This document shows positions 20,146-28,983 of a stretch of DNA of 41,861 nucleotides, in pieces (the first letter of the stretch is position 1; every line of letters begins with the position of its first letter). The notes under the pieces were generated by a model, which searched no databases, was not told the origin of the DNA, and saw only the letters and a program-made list of their open reading frames with translations. Location of the stretch: the IMG/VR virus record IMGVR_UViG_3300044723_010973, positions 1 through 41,861 of that record. One strand, given 5' to 3'. Both the position numbers and the translations under genes were made by a program. This DNA comes from a virus. Its lineage: Duplodnaviria > Caudoviricetes.

Positions 20146-21712
20146 TGAGTTTCTTAGTAGCTTCAATTATTTCTACACTTGTTTTGATTGCCATATCGGC
20201 ATGGTTGTCACACGGTAAAGGAGCATTCCAAAAGGCCATAATACAATCGCCCATATACTTGTCTACCGTTCCCCCATTATTTAGTATAATCTTTGTTTGT
20301 AAATCTAAAAACTTATTTACTAACTCTACCAATCCTTCAGGGTCGTCGTTGTTCTTATAATGCTCTGATATAGGAGTGAATCCACATATATCCATGAACA
20401 TAAAACTCATCTCTTTTCTTTCACCACCTAACTTTAATAAAGATGGATCATCCTGTAGTTGCTTTACTAAGTCAGGTGATACATAAGTACCAAATTGTTT
20501 TTTAATTTCTTGCTTTTGTTTATAAGTATTATAAAATTGTACAAATGCGCCATGGCTAAATACTAATACGGTAGAAACAATAATCCAAGTTGGATCAAAT
20601 AAGAGATATTTTGAATAGAAAACTGAAGAAGAAGCTAAACCAACAAACCCAACGAAAACGAGGCTGGCAACACCAGACATCCAAACGGCAGCTCGACTTA
20701 ATAGAACGAGACAAAGAAGACCAAGAAGTGCTTGAGCGATTAGCTCGACAAAAGAAAAATAATTGGGACGTTTAATAACGGTACCATCTATCATTGTCTT
20801 TACTAAATTAGCCTGAATATCATGAGGGTACATTGCACCTACAGGAGTGGGTATAATATTTGTTCCCTCAAATGTAGCTCCTATTATCAAGATACTACCC
20901 TGAGGTATATTCTCTCCCCTTATATCCCCTAAGCTAACACGTTTAAATTTATTCCAGTACGTGTTATATACTGTTCCATCATTTAACGTAGAGATCTTGT
21001 CATACGCAGGGATACGCACCCATTCAATACCAATATCGTTAGTTTTTATCTGATATGAAATATCGCCAACGGCAACCCTTAGAATTTCTAGAGCAAAAGA
21101 AGGATATACCTTTTTATTAGCTGAAACTACAATAGGTACTTTTCTAACTACACCATCTATGTCAGGTACAGCACCTATTGATCCATAACCGTCTGTTGAT
21201 TTAGCTAAAACTTCCCATGGTAATAATATTCCTGGAAAATCTAAAGTATATTCTTGAGCTGGTATTCTACCTAAAGTTGCTGTACCGACGTGTAATTCTC
21301 TCTCAGTTTGAATTTGATTAGTCGGGGCAGTAGCTAATATAGTAGGATAATATTGTAATGTTTCTGCCAGATTCCAATCACCATTAAATCTATCTTTTTC
21401 TGAAAGTATAATAGAAAGCGCAACCAGGTTATTGGGAGGAATATTATTTAACTCAAAGGCAAACTCATCTCTTGGCCATGGCCATTGACCTAATTTTTTT
21501 AGTGACTTTTCATCTATATCAATTAAAATTATTTGATCAGATAATTGCACCTCATGATTACGTTGAAGCATATCAAAATAATTTAATCTTGTTGCTTCTA
21601 ATAAAAAAGGATCAGCTACTCTTAGAGCTAAAAGAGCTAGTAATGTTATTCCGGCGTGCCAGAGTTTCAATTTTGTGTAACCGATATTGAACAGCCACCA
21701 ACTGTGTAGCAA
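19853..21712 (-). CDS. CHASE2-domain class III adenylate cyclase (possible TTG start at 21670)
   Basis: CHASE2 motifs IDIDEKSL..LGQWPWPR and D.DGVVR; three TM helices; catalytic FMDICGFT, DKYMGDCIMAFWNAP, GNMGS..RFDYSVIGDAVNLAARLE (Lys/Asp pair consistent with ATP). Confidence 0.93.
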   Translation of the reverse strand: MLHSWWLFNIGYTKLKLWHAGITLLALLALRVADPFLLEATRLNYFDMLQRNHEVQLSDQIILIDIDEKSLKKLGQWPWPRDEFAFELNNIPPNNLVALSIILSEKDRFNGDWNLAETLQYYPTILATAPTNQIQTERELHVGTATLGRIPAQEYTLDFPGILLPWEVLAKSTDGYGSIGAVPDIDGVVRKVPIVVSANKKVYPSFALEILRVAVGDISYQIKTNDIGIEWVRIPAYDKISTLNDGTVYNTYWNKFKRVSLGDIRGENIPQGSILIIGATFEGTNIIPTPVGAMYPHDIQANLVKTMIDGTVIKRPNYFSFVELIAQALLGLLCLVLLSRAAVWMSGVASLVFVGFVGLASSSVFYSKYLLFDPTWIIVSTVLVFSHGAFVQFYNTYKQKQEIKKQFGTYVSPDLVKQLQDDPSLLKLGGERKEMSFMFMDICGFTPISEHYKNNDDPEGLVELVNKFLDLQTKIILNNGGTVDKYMGDCIMAFWNAPLPCDNHADMAIKTSVEIIEATKKLNEELKPLGLPPINVGIGVNTGDCIVGNMGSEVRFDYSVIGDAVNLAARLESQTRNYDGVDLLLSEFTHKASTSGKFNKVDTITVKGKTEPVTIYTVN

Positions 21713-22413
21713 TAATTTGTAACACTATATGATTGATTTAGATTGCTTGCTTGAGTAGCCCCAATTGTTGTGGGTTCAGTTCCTCTTAGTATAACAGACA
21801 TGTAATGGTCACCACCATTATCTTGAATAAGGTCGACATCATTACCATCATTAAAAATATCTAAATTGATAAATTTACTACTACCACCTTTTTGATCTGT
21901 AAAAATATCATTATCATCTCCTTCAAGATGCAACCAATATTCATGGCCTAAAGAATTGATGTTTGTTTTTTGTGTCATAAGAATAGTATTGTCATTACCC
22001 GTAATGTTTAGATGAGCAAAAGTATCTCCATACTCATCATTATCAATAGTAAAATTTCCACTAGTGTCAACATTATATCCTTGACCAAGTTTTAATGTAT
22101 TTCCATCTCCCCAAACTCTACGAATCTCTATAATATTTTTGTTACCTGAACCACCACTATCATTTGCTTGTTTTATAATAACAGTATTATCAATACCATC
22201 GATTCCTTCTAAAGCTGTCCATTGTTTAATAACATTATTATAACCAATTTGAGTTATATCAAGGTTAAAGTTATCACCATCTTGTAAAATTGTAATTTGG
22301 TTATCATCAGCATGCAGAGGGGCAATAAGTAAAATAAAAGGAGCCCATGGTTTTATCCAATATTTAAATATAAATGCTTTAATTCGAGTAAACATAAATC
22401 GTTTTCTTTCCAT
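21667..22413 (-). CDS. Curlin-repeat secreted protein (CsgA/CsgB-like)
   Basis: Signal peptide, then repeats ILQDGDNFNLDITQIGYNN, ITGNDNTILMTQ, LEGDDNDIFTDQ, FNDGNDVDLIQ. Confidence 0.7.
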   Translation of the reverse strand: MERKRFMFTRIKAFIFKYWIKPWAPFILLIAPLHADDNQITILQDGDNFNLDITQIGYNNVIKQWTALEGIDGIDNTVIIKQANDSGGSGNKNIIEIRRVWGDGNTLKLGQGYNVDTSGNFTIDNDEYGDTFAHLNITGNDNTILMTQKTNINSLGHEYWLHLEGDDNDIFTDQKGGSSKFINLDIFNDGNDVDLIQDNGGDHYMSVILRGTEPTTIGATQASNLNQSYSVTNYCYTVGGCSISVTQN

Positions 22414-22455
22414 CTGTATAAACTGATATTAATAATCTTCTAGTTTTCCAGAATT

Positions 22456-22599
22456 TCATCCTTGTCCTCTATACTTCTTCAAAGATCTCTTTTTATTTTT
22501 ATTCATTGTAGCTCTAGCTACATTATTTCTTCCTTGCGAAGTTTTTTTACCTCTAATTCCAGCAGTAGGTACGTGATTTTTTTGAAATTTAGTAGCCAT
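22456..22599 (-). CDS. Small basic protein (47 aa)
   Basis: Manual translation MATKFQKNHVPTAGIRGKKTSQGRNNVARATMNKNKKRSLKKYRGQG; abuts the stop of the upstream ORF. Confidence 0.65.
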   Translation of the reverse strand: MATKFQKNHVPTAGIRGKKTSQGRNNVARATMNKNKKRSLKKYRGQG

Positions 22600-22800
22600 C
22601 TATTCCCACACTAATTTAACGCCTCTTCGGGCTAATTCATTTCTGCATTTCTGCTTAATTTTAGGTTTCTGACCATTATTTATATAGTCTATAAGTTCCT
22701 TCTTTGGAGTTTGCTTAATATAAAAATGTTCTATTGGAGCAGTATTAGGGTTACCGCCTCTTACGAATTTCTTTGCTGATGGTTTAAATTTTGTTGGCAT
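22600..22800 (-). CDS. Small basic hypothetical protein
   Basis: MPTKFKPS...KIKQKCRNELARRG with GGAG Shine-Dalgarno. Confidence 0.65.
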   Translation of the reverse strand: MPTKFKPSAKKFVRGGNPNTAPIEHFYIKQTPKKELIDYINNGQKPKIKQKCRNELARRGVKLVWE

Positions 22801-22941
22801 TATATACTCCTGCTCTCCTAGCATCTTTTATTTTTGCTTCATCTCTTATCTTTTTGCTTTTATCTGAGATAGGTTTAAGCATCCATAAATATTCTTTTTT
22901 AATATTGCTCATATTATATATCCTTTTATTAATAAAATCAA

Positions 22942-24099
22942 CTAGTTACCTTGTTTAATTAATATAATTATATCATCACCACCATTACCAAGAATAGTAC
23001 CTTGATACCCGTCAACGTTAGTAGATAAACTAAAGCTAGCTCCTGCACCGAATGTTATACTAATAACACCATTAACATTTCTATATACTACTAGTTTACC
23101 ATCTTCTTCAAATACATTATATTGACTATCATTGTTTAAACCAAATTGAGCACCTTTAAGAGTCCATCCTCCAATATTACCTGTACCAGCTTGAGCATCA
23201 CCAAGTTCTTCTGTTGTTCTTAATAACTCTTCTACAGCATCTAATAAGTCAGGTAAAAAGTCACCAGCTAGATAGTCGATATCTATTCTTCCATTTCTTG
23301 CGTCATATTCTGGATCATTAGCGTAATCATCATAATCTTTATCAAGCTCATCATATGCTAAAAAGTCAACATCAAGAATACCTTGATCTTCATTCATATC
23401 TGCCTGAGCATTTTCTTCTATCTGTTCTTTTACTTCAGGAGGAGGATTAACAATAAACATATTATCAATCATATTAGGTGTAATGTTATTAAGCGTTAAA
23501 GTTTGACTAGGGGGTGTATCTAAAGTATTTACCATTGTAGCTTGATATGCTTCATTTAAGGTAATAGTACCACCTAAATTAGTAACTGTTATTTCACCAG
23601 ATGCGTCCCCGTTTTCATCTGGTAATAATATAATTAATGACCTACCTATCTCATCTACTGTTGTAGTAAAATCCGTACCTCTAATTCCAATAGTAGCGGT
23701 AGGTGTTTTTATATCTATATTCTTCTTGTTCATTATAGCAAGTTTACCAGATGCAAATCTTGCGGTACCTTGAACAAATTGCATAGTCATTTTTGATTTG
23801 CTTGGATCGGGATCATAAATTACTTCGTCGATTAAAATTTTTGTATGTTCAGTAAGAGCTAATTCAGCTTTATCTTTAAACTCAATAAGCATTCTGCCAT
23901 TAGCAGTTTCTGCTGTATCGTATAACTCTATTTTTGGAAGGAAATCCTCTGTAAGGATTAGTTGATTGTCATTTCTGACTATTTGACCAGCACCAGTCTG
24001 CTCAATTATGTCACCTATGGGGTCAGCAAAGACCCCATTGATGAGTAACAAATTAAGAATCGCTAGACGAATCTTTTTGATTAATTTGTATTGTTGCAT
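22942..24099 (-). CDS. FecR-domain periplasmic protein
   Basis: Signal peptide; T.NGRM.I.F.D...L.L.E.T and IKTPTATIGIRGTDF FecR motifs. Confidence 0.85.
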   Translation of the reverse strand: MQQYKLIKKIRLAILNLLLINGVFADPIGDIIEQTGAGQIVRNDNQLILTEDFLPKIELYDTAETANGRMLIEFKDKAELALTEHTKILIDEVIYDPDPSKSKMTMQFVQGTARFASGKLAIMNKKNIDIKTPTATIGIRGTDFTTTVDEIGRSLIILLPDENGDASGEITVTNLGGTITLNEAYQATMVNTLDTPPSQTLTLNNITPNMIDNMFIVNPPPEVKEQIEENAQADMNEDQGILDVDFLAYDELDKDYDDYANDPEYDARNGRIDIDYLAGDFLPDLLDAVEELLRTTEELGDAQAGTGNIGGWTLKGAQFGLNNDSQYNVFEEDGKLVVYRNVNGVISITFGAGASFSLSTNVDGYQGTILGNGGDDIIILIKQGN

Positions 24100-24787
24100 T
24101 ATCAGATGTAATATCTAAATCTATAGTTGCATTTGGTGTAGAACAACTAACTCCTGCACTTGTTGCACAAGTACCTGAGATTTGATTAATATCTATGTCA
24201 GCTGAATCACCGTTTAATTGCATTGTTAATGACTGAGAGCCATCATTCTGCAATGTATTAATATTATTACTGTCACCAGTAATATCAAAATTCCATGTTA
24301 TATCATCTGCTTCCCAATCAATATCAAATATATTAGAACTACCTAATAATATAAGGTCTGCATCTAATCTTTCTGCGCTTGCTGTATAACCTTGATCTAA
24401 ATCAAATGTATTACTGTCTCCAGTAACATTAAAATTAATATCGGAGCTATCAGAACTTCCGATATATCCTATATTCCAATCTATTTGATTTGAATCACCA
24501 GTAAAATCTAGCTTGTAAGTTGAACTATCAGCTATAACTGTCCCAAATAATATATTTTGATTTCCTAAAAAATCTAAATCAAAATTAAGGCTAGATCCAG
24601 TTATTACCATATCTGAACCTGTACCTGAAAAATCTGTACCACCTATCTTATTACCAAAACCAAGTTGGTCAATATATAGAGATAAAGTGTCACCTGATTG
24701 TTCGATTAAGATTTCGTTATCATCAGTGGCTTGCGCGAAAACAAAAGAAGTCGACAATAGCAATGCTATACTTATAAGTTTATTCAT
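24053..24787 (-). CDS. Curlin-repeat secreted protein (CsgA/CsgB-like)
   Basis: Signal peptide ending VFA; repeats FTGDSNQIDW, VTGDSNTFDLDQG, LLGSSNIFDIDW, ITGDSNNINTLQ, LNGDSADIDINQ. Confidence 0.72.
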   Translation of the reverse strand: MNKLISIALLLSTSFVFAQATDDNEILIEQSGDTLSLYIDQLGFGNKIGGTDFSGTGSDMVITGSSLNFDLDFLGNQNILFGTVIADSSTYKLDFTGDSNQIDWNIGYIGSSDSSDINFNVTGDSNTFDLDQGYTASAERLDADLILLGSSNIFDIDWEADDITWNFDITGDSNNINTLQNDGSQSLTMQLNGDSADIDINQISGTCATSAGVSCSTPNATIDLDITSDNATIQINQKDSSSDS

Positions 24788-25682
24788 TTTCGTTTACCCT
24801 TTCTTCTATTACCCAGAATCCTCTTTCGTGACCCTGGTAAATTAATTCCAGCACACCAGCTTCAATAGCTGTTCGTACTGCATATGTCACCGACTCATTA
24901 TTCCCCACACCATCTTCAAACTCGACTAATTGAGTTCCTTGCTCGATAAAACGGAAGACGTCTCCTCCTGAGCCATAACTCAGTATAGTCTTTCTCGTTT
25001 GAACATTTAATAATATCTCACCAGTGAGAACCGACACTGCTCTCATTGAAATTGTAACAACATCTTGGCGATATTGTTTACTTAAACCTATTCCTAGAGT
25101 TCGAGCACCTCGTCCTCCTGATTTTATATTAGTATCGTACCCTATTATTCCACCTTCTATTATTATACCAGCGAATAATAATGGTTGAATACCCTTATCA
25201 TCTTGTCCTGTTTTATTTGCCACATCAGTTCTAGCTGATCTGATAATCTGTCTTTCTCTTACTAAATGGTCAATACCACTTCTTTCTACTACTCTAAACC
25301 ATGTACCGCTACCTGCTGTTTTTAGGGCATCGATAACCATTTCTACCCCACCTTGAGTTACAGCAGTGGAGAAATCTGCTATTCCTTCTCTTGCCTTTCT
25401 TTGACCTGTTTTATCAATAAAATTATAAACAGTAACAACAGGTTTTTCTTTCGCTGGGGGTAGTTGTAATAATTCTAAGTAAGATGGTAATTTTACTACT
25501 TCAGGATTTTCAATGCAGATATATTTTCTACTAACTGATTTAGCAACTCCTGTTACAACGTCTTTATTCCAGCCCTCTTCGTACTTACCTGTTTCATACG
25601 CACATTGACCTGGTCCTTCTGACCATTGCGGTACTGATGCGCAGCTTGTAAGTAGTAATGCTGTTAAAATATATTTAACCAT
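24780..25682 (-). CDS. csgG: Curli secretion channel CsgG (lipoprotein)
   Basis: Lipobox LLLTSC; VYNFIDKTGQRK, FSTAVTQG, WFRVVER, LVRERQIIRS, EGGIIGYDTN, QYRQDVVT.SMRAVSV.TGEIL. Confidence 0.93.
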   Translation of the reverse strand: MVKYILTALLLTSCASVPQWSEGPGQCAYETGKYEEGWNKDVVTGVAKSVSRKYICIENPEVVKLPSYLELLQLPPAKEKPVVTVYNFIDKTGQRKAREGIADFSTAVTQGGVEMVIDALKTAGSGTWFRVVERSGIDHLVRERQIIRSARTDVANKTGQDDKGIQPLLFAGIIIEGGIIGYDTNIKSGGRGARTLGIGLSKQYRQDVVTISMRAVSVLTGEILLNVQTRKTILSYGSGGDVFRFIEQGTQLVEFEDGVGNNESVTYAVRTAIEAGVLELIYQGHERGFWVIEERVNENE

Positions 25683-26154
25683 TATCTGGATCTTGCCCAA
25701 AGTTTCCTGTACCTACTGGAATCTCTAATACTGTTTCAGTACCATCTTCTGATACTACCGTTAATCTTATAAACTCTGCACCTGATTCATCTGTAATAAC
25801 TTCCCAAGTAATAATATTACCTTCTAAAGCAAATGATCCGAACCCTGCAGGGTTATCATTAGCAAACATTGATTCAACCAATTGCTTGGCAAATTGTGCG
25901 TAGATTCTAGACTCTAAGTTACGAATGAACTTAGCTAATGTTGTATTTTCTGCTTCTCTTTCAGCCGTTTTTCTAGCTGATTCAAGAGCTTCTTCTATTG
26001 TTTTCTTTCTAGAGTGCTCTTGGTTTTCTATAGTAAGGTAATGCGCACCCTGACCAATTCCACTGAATGAAGGATTTTTAAACTCATGGACTATTTCCTG
26101 AGCAAATACTGATGATGTAATTAAAAATAAGCTACTTACGATTGCCCTTTTCAT
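25675..26154 (-). CDS. csgF: Curli assembly component CsgF
   Basis: Signal peptide, then EIVHEFKNPSFSG (CsgF N-terminal NPxFxG), F...LESRIYAQ, C-terminal TVLEIP; adjacent to csgG. Confidence 0.85.
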   Translation of the reverse strand: MKRAIVSSLFLITSSVFAQEIVHEFKNPSFSGIGQGAHYLTIENQEHSRKKTIEEALESARKTAEREAENTTLAKFIRNLESRIYAQFAKQLVESMFANDNPAGFGSFALEGNIITWEVITDESGAEFIRLTVVSEDGTETVLEIPVGTGNFGQDPDNG

Positions 26155-26416
26155 TGACTTTTTCCTTTAGTTTTTCCACTTCTCTATATTCTAATACTAC
26201 ATTAACTTTTTGTTGAAGTCGAATAAGATCTTGATCAAGCATTCTAGTTTGATCAATCACTCTTATTAATGCCATGTGCATTTCTTCTATTTGAGGTTCA
26301 ATATGTTCTCCTATGAACCACCATACATAATAAATGAAATACCCCATACCTATGGACATAATAACAGGAAAGCCATAATCTTGTATAAGAGATACTAATG
26401 TTGAAACTTCTTCCAT
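26132..26416 (-). CDS. Small membrane protein (one TM plus coiled coil)
   Basis: LIQDYGFPVIMSIGMGYFIYYVW followed by an amphipathic helix. Confidence 0.75.
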   Translation of the reverse strand: MEEVSTLVSLIQDYGFPVIMSIGMGYFIYYVWWFIGEHIEPQIEEMHMALIRVIDQTRMLDQDLIRLQQKVNVVLEYREVEKLKEKVNEKGNRK

Positions 26417-26712
26417 TAATCTCTCCTAACATCTAATTTGTCATCTTCGATAAAATTCTCAGCACGAGCAATTCTTTCGATATCGGGTTTTAATTCTAAA
26501 GCACTACTAACAAGAAGATCTATTTTAATCATCTCATTGCTCATAGTGCGCGCTCTATTTTCAAGCATTTTACAGAAACCTGTTAACGTTTTTATATTGT
26601 CAACAATTCCTTCTAGAATTTGTTTAATAACGGTAAAAATAAAGAAGCCCATTACTAAAGATCCAGCAATGGGGGCTCCGAGTTCGCCGACTAATTCTAA
26701 AAAGGTTTCCAT
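26416..26712 (-). CDS. Small membrane protein, paralog-like of the adjacent gene
   Basis: LVGELGAPIAGSLVMGFFIFTVI followed by an amphipathic helix. Confidence 0.75.
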   Translation of the reverse strand: METFLELVGELGAPIAGSLVMGFFIFTVIKQILEGIVDNIKTLTGFCKMLENRARTMSNEMIKIDLLVSSALELKPDIERIARAENFIEDDKLDVRRD

Positions 26713-26739
26713 ATTGCCTATATTTAGGCAAATTAAGGG

Positions 26740-28179
26740 TTAATAAAAGACTTTAACCCCGTACTTCTCTTCAAACCTATTTGCATCGGAAATATTATTT
26801 ACCATAGGTTCACCTCTTATGTTAAGAGAAGTATTAAGAAGAACTGAACAGCCTGTTCTCTTCTTCCATTCCTCTAGAATTGCTCTAAAGATTGTAGGTT
26901 CGTTTTTAGAAACGGTTTGTATTCTTGATGTGCCATCTTTGTGAGTAACAGCAGGTAGATTAGGATCAATACAATCAACTACCATTTGCATATAAGGTGA
27001 AATATAACCTGGCTTAAAATGCAAGTTAACATCTTCTTCTAATACGGCAGGTGCAAAAGGTCTAAACTTTTGTCTTCGTTTTATAGTATTAACTTGATCT
27101 TGTGCATTAGCTCCTCTCGGGTCAGCAAGTAAAGATCTATTACCAAGTGCTCTAGGGCCAAATTCAGCAGGACCTACAGCCACACCACACATACCATACC
27201 TTTTAATATGAATAACTATATCTTTAGCTAATGCTTTAATGGGTTTAGATGGTTCTATATTAAAACCAAGGTAAGGATGTTCCCAATTTACTTTTTTGCC
27301 GTAGGCTAAAGCGGCAGCGCCAAGCGAGCCCCCTGCGTCTCCAGGATTAGGAAATATCCATAAGTTGCCATTGCATTGTTCATGTAATTTGGTATTAGCA
27401 ACACAGTTAAGAGCTACTCCACCTCCATATACAACATTATTAGAATATGTTAAAGCTTTATCAAATAAAACCTCTAATTTATTCTCTAAAATAATTTGTG
27501 CATTGAAGGCAATATCAGCAGGTTTATATCTATCAAGGCCCATTGCTTTAACCATTGATTTAGGAATACCTTTATGTAAATTATGACTAAACAAACTAAA
27601 AAGTTTAGGTAGTAGATCTTTTTTATACTTACCAAATGCAGCCATACCCATAAAGATGTATTCTTCATCTAAAGGTCTAAGTCCTACAAAGTGAGTTAAT
27701 GCAGTATACCACAGACCTATTGAATTAGGATAGCTTTTAGAAAATACTTTTTTGTATTGAGCGTATCCATTATTATTATATGAACACTTCCATATGGTAG
27801 TCGTATCCCACTCACCAATACTATCAACAACAACAGCTGCTGCTTCATTATAGTCTGATGTTTGGAAAGTTGCAGCTGCATGTGACTTGTGATGATGGAA
27901 TGTTTTATCTGGACTCCATGCAAGTTGTCTCTTTGAAAAAACAGTATTAAATTGACCAGCATATAACTGTCTAGTCTTTTTTAGAAATGGTTTTTCAAAA
28001 AGTGCTGTTGTTTTTATATTAAAATTACTATCAATATAATCTTTAAGCTCTGATGAGATATATTTCTCATGTTTATTACCTGAAAACCTCTCTGAATGAG
28101 AAGCAAATACAATATCACCATTTTTATTAATTACTGATGCTGCTGCATCATGAAAACCTTCACTCCATCCTAAATACAT
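26740..28179 (-). CDS. Carbamoyltransferase (NodU/CmcH/TobZ family)
   Basis: HDAAA, ERFS..KH, HHKSHAA, GGVALNCVAN, PGDAGGSLGAA, EFGPRALGNRSLLADP, RPFAP, DGTSRIQTV, LLNTSLN. Confidence 0.95.
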   Translation of the reverse strand: MYLGWSEGFHDAAASVINKNGDIVFASHSERFSGNKHEKYISSELKDYIDSNFNIKTTALFEKPFLKKTRQLYAGQFNTVFSKRQLAWSPDKTFHHHKSHAAATFQTSDYNEAAAVVVDSIGEWDTTTIWKCSYNNNGYAQYKKVFSKSYPNSIGLWYTALTHFVGLRPLDEEYIFMGMAAFGKYKKDLLPKLFSLFSHNLHKGIPKSMVKAMGLDRYKPADIAFNAQIILENKLEVLFDKALTYSNNVVYGGGVALNCVANTKLHEQCNGNLWIFPNPGDAGGSLGAAALAYGKKVNWEHPYLGFNIEPSKPIKALAKDIVIHIKRYGMCGVAVGPAEFGPRALGNRSLLADPRGANAQDQVNTIKRRQKFRPFAPAVLEEDVNLHFKPGYISPYMQMVVDCIDPNLPAVTHKDGTSRIQTVSKNEPTIFRAILEEWKKRTGCSVLLNTSLNIRGEPMVNNISDANRFEEKYGVKVFY

Positions 28180-28182
28180 AAA

Positions 28183-28983
28183 TCACCTCATAAAATTATC
28201 GTACAAATATTTAGCATACTCCTTATGCGCTTCTGGACCAGGGTGGCCCTCCGGCATTTTATCTAAATTATTGTTTTCAGTAAACTCATTAAAAGACATA
28301 GTGGCTTTATCAAACCCTATACGTTGATTGCCTGTGAGCTTATTAATTATAACATCTACATACTCTTTTACAGGCTCAAGTCTAGTACCCTTTGCGTTAG
28401 TATTAAAGTCGCTAAATGTCTTTTTCATTGTATACGTATTGCCTTGATGAAACCAGCCTTGATAAAAATCAATATTAAGTAATTTGCAAGTTTCCCAGAT
28501 ATCATCTATGTAATTAAACGTCTTACATATTCCTGTTTCACTATTGTAAATATTAGAATAGTAATCTTCATATTGATCTTTTAACATTCTCCATGGCATA
28601 CTTGTTAGCCTTGAAGGAGAGAATTGAAAGAACGGATCATTCATAATAAATTTTTTATCTTTACCATATAGCTTATTATTCATTTGCATTTCTTTAGCAG
28701 CATGTTGAACCATACTTGATTCTAAATGAACATTTTCTACTCTTGCAAAATCACTCCACAATATTAAACATTTTGTAATACTCTTATTATTAAAAAGCTC
28801 TTTTTTAGTCGTGCGCCAGATTCTTTCATTTGAAGATCCAGGCCATGCCTTGTTAATAACATCAAGGTTAAGAAGCTTACCAAGATGAGTAGAATACCTT
28901 TCCTTTTCATGATCAGGTAATTCATCTCCATAACTAAAACTACATCCGTTAACTAATAAGGTCATTTTCTTTAATATATTCAC
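28183..28983 (-). CDS. SGNH/GDSL-like protein
   Basis: NGCSFSYG block I, N.A.PGSSN.RI.R, C-terminal GHPGPEAH. Confidence 0.7.
   Translation of the reverse strand: MNILKKMTLLVNGCSFSYGDELPDHEKERYSTHLGKLLNLDVINKAWPGSSNERIWRTTKKELFNNKSITKCLILWSDFARVENVHLESSMVQHAAKEMQMNNKLYGKDKKFIMNDPFFQFSPSRLTSMPWRMLKDQYEDYYSNIYNSETGICKTFNYIDDIWETCKLLNIDFYQGWFHQGNTYTMKKTFSDFNTNAKGTRLEPVKEYVDVIINKLTGNQRIGFDKATMSFNEFTENNNLDKMPEGHPGPEAHKEYAKYLYDNFMR

Noticed and set aside
20064-27962. Short alternate ORFs within the cyclase, curli and carbamoyltransferase genes
   Set aside because: Fully nested, no ribosome-binding site or protein-like features, unlike the 19516 ORF which has its own unique coding region
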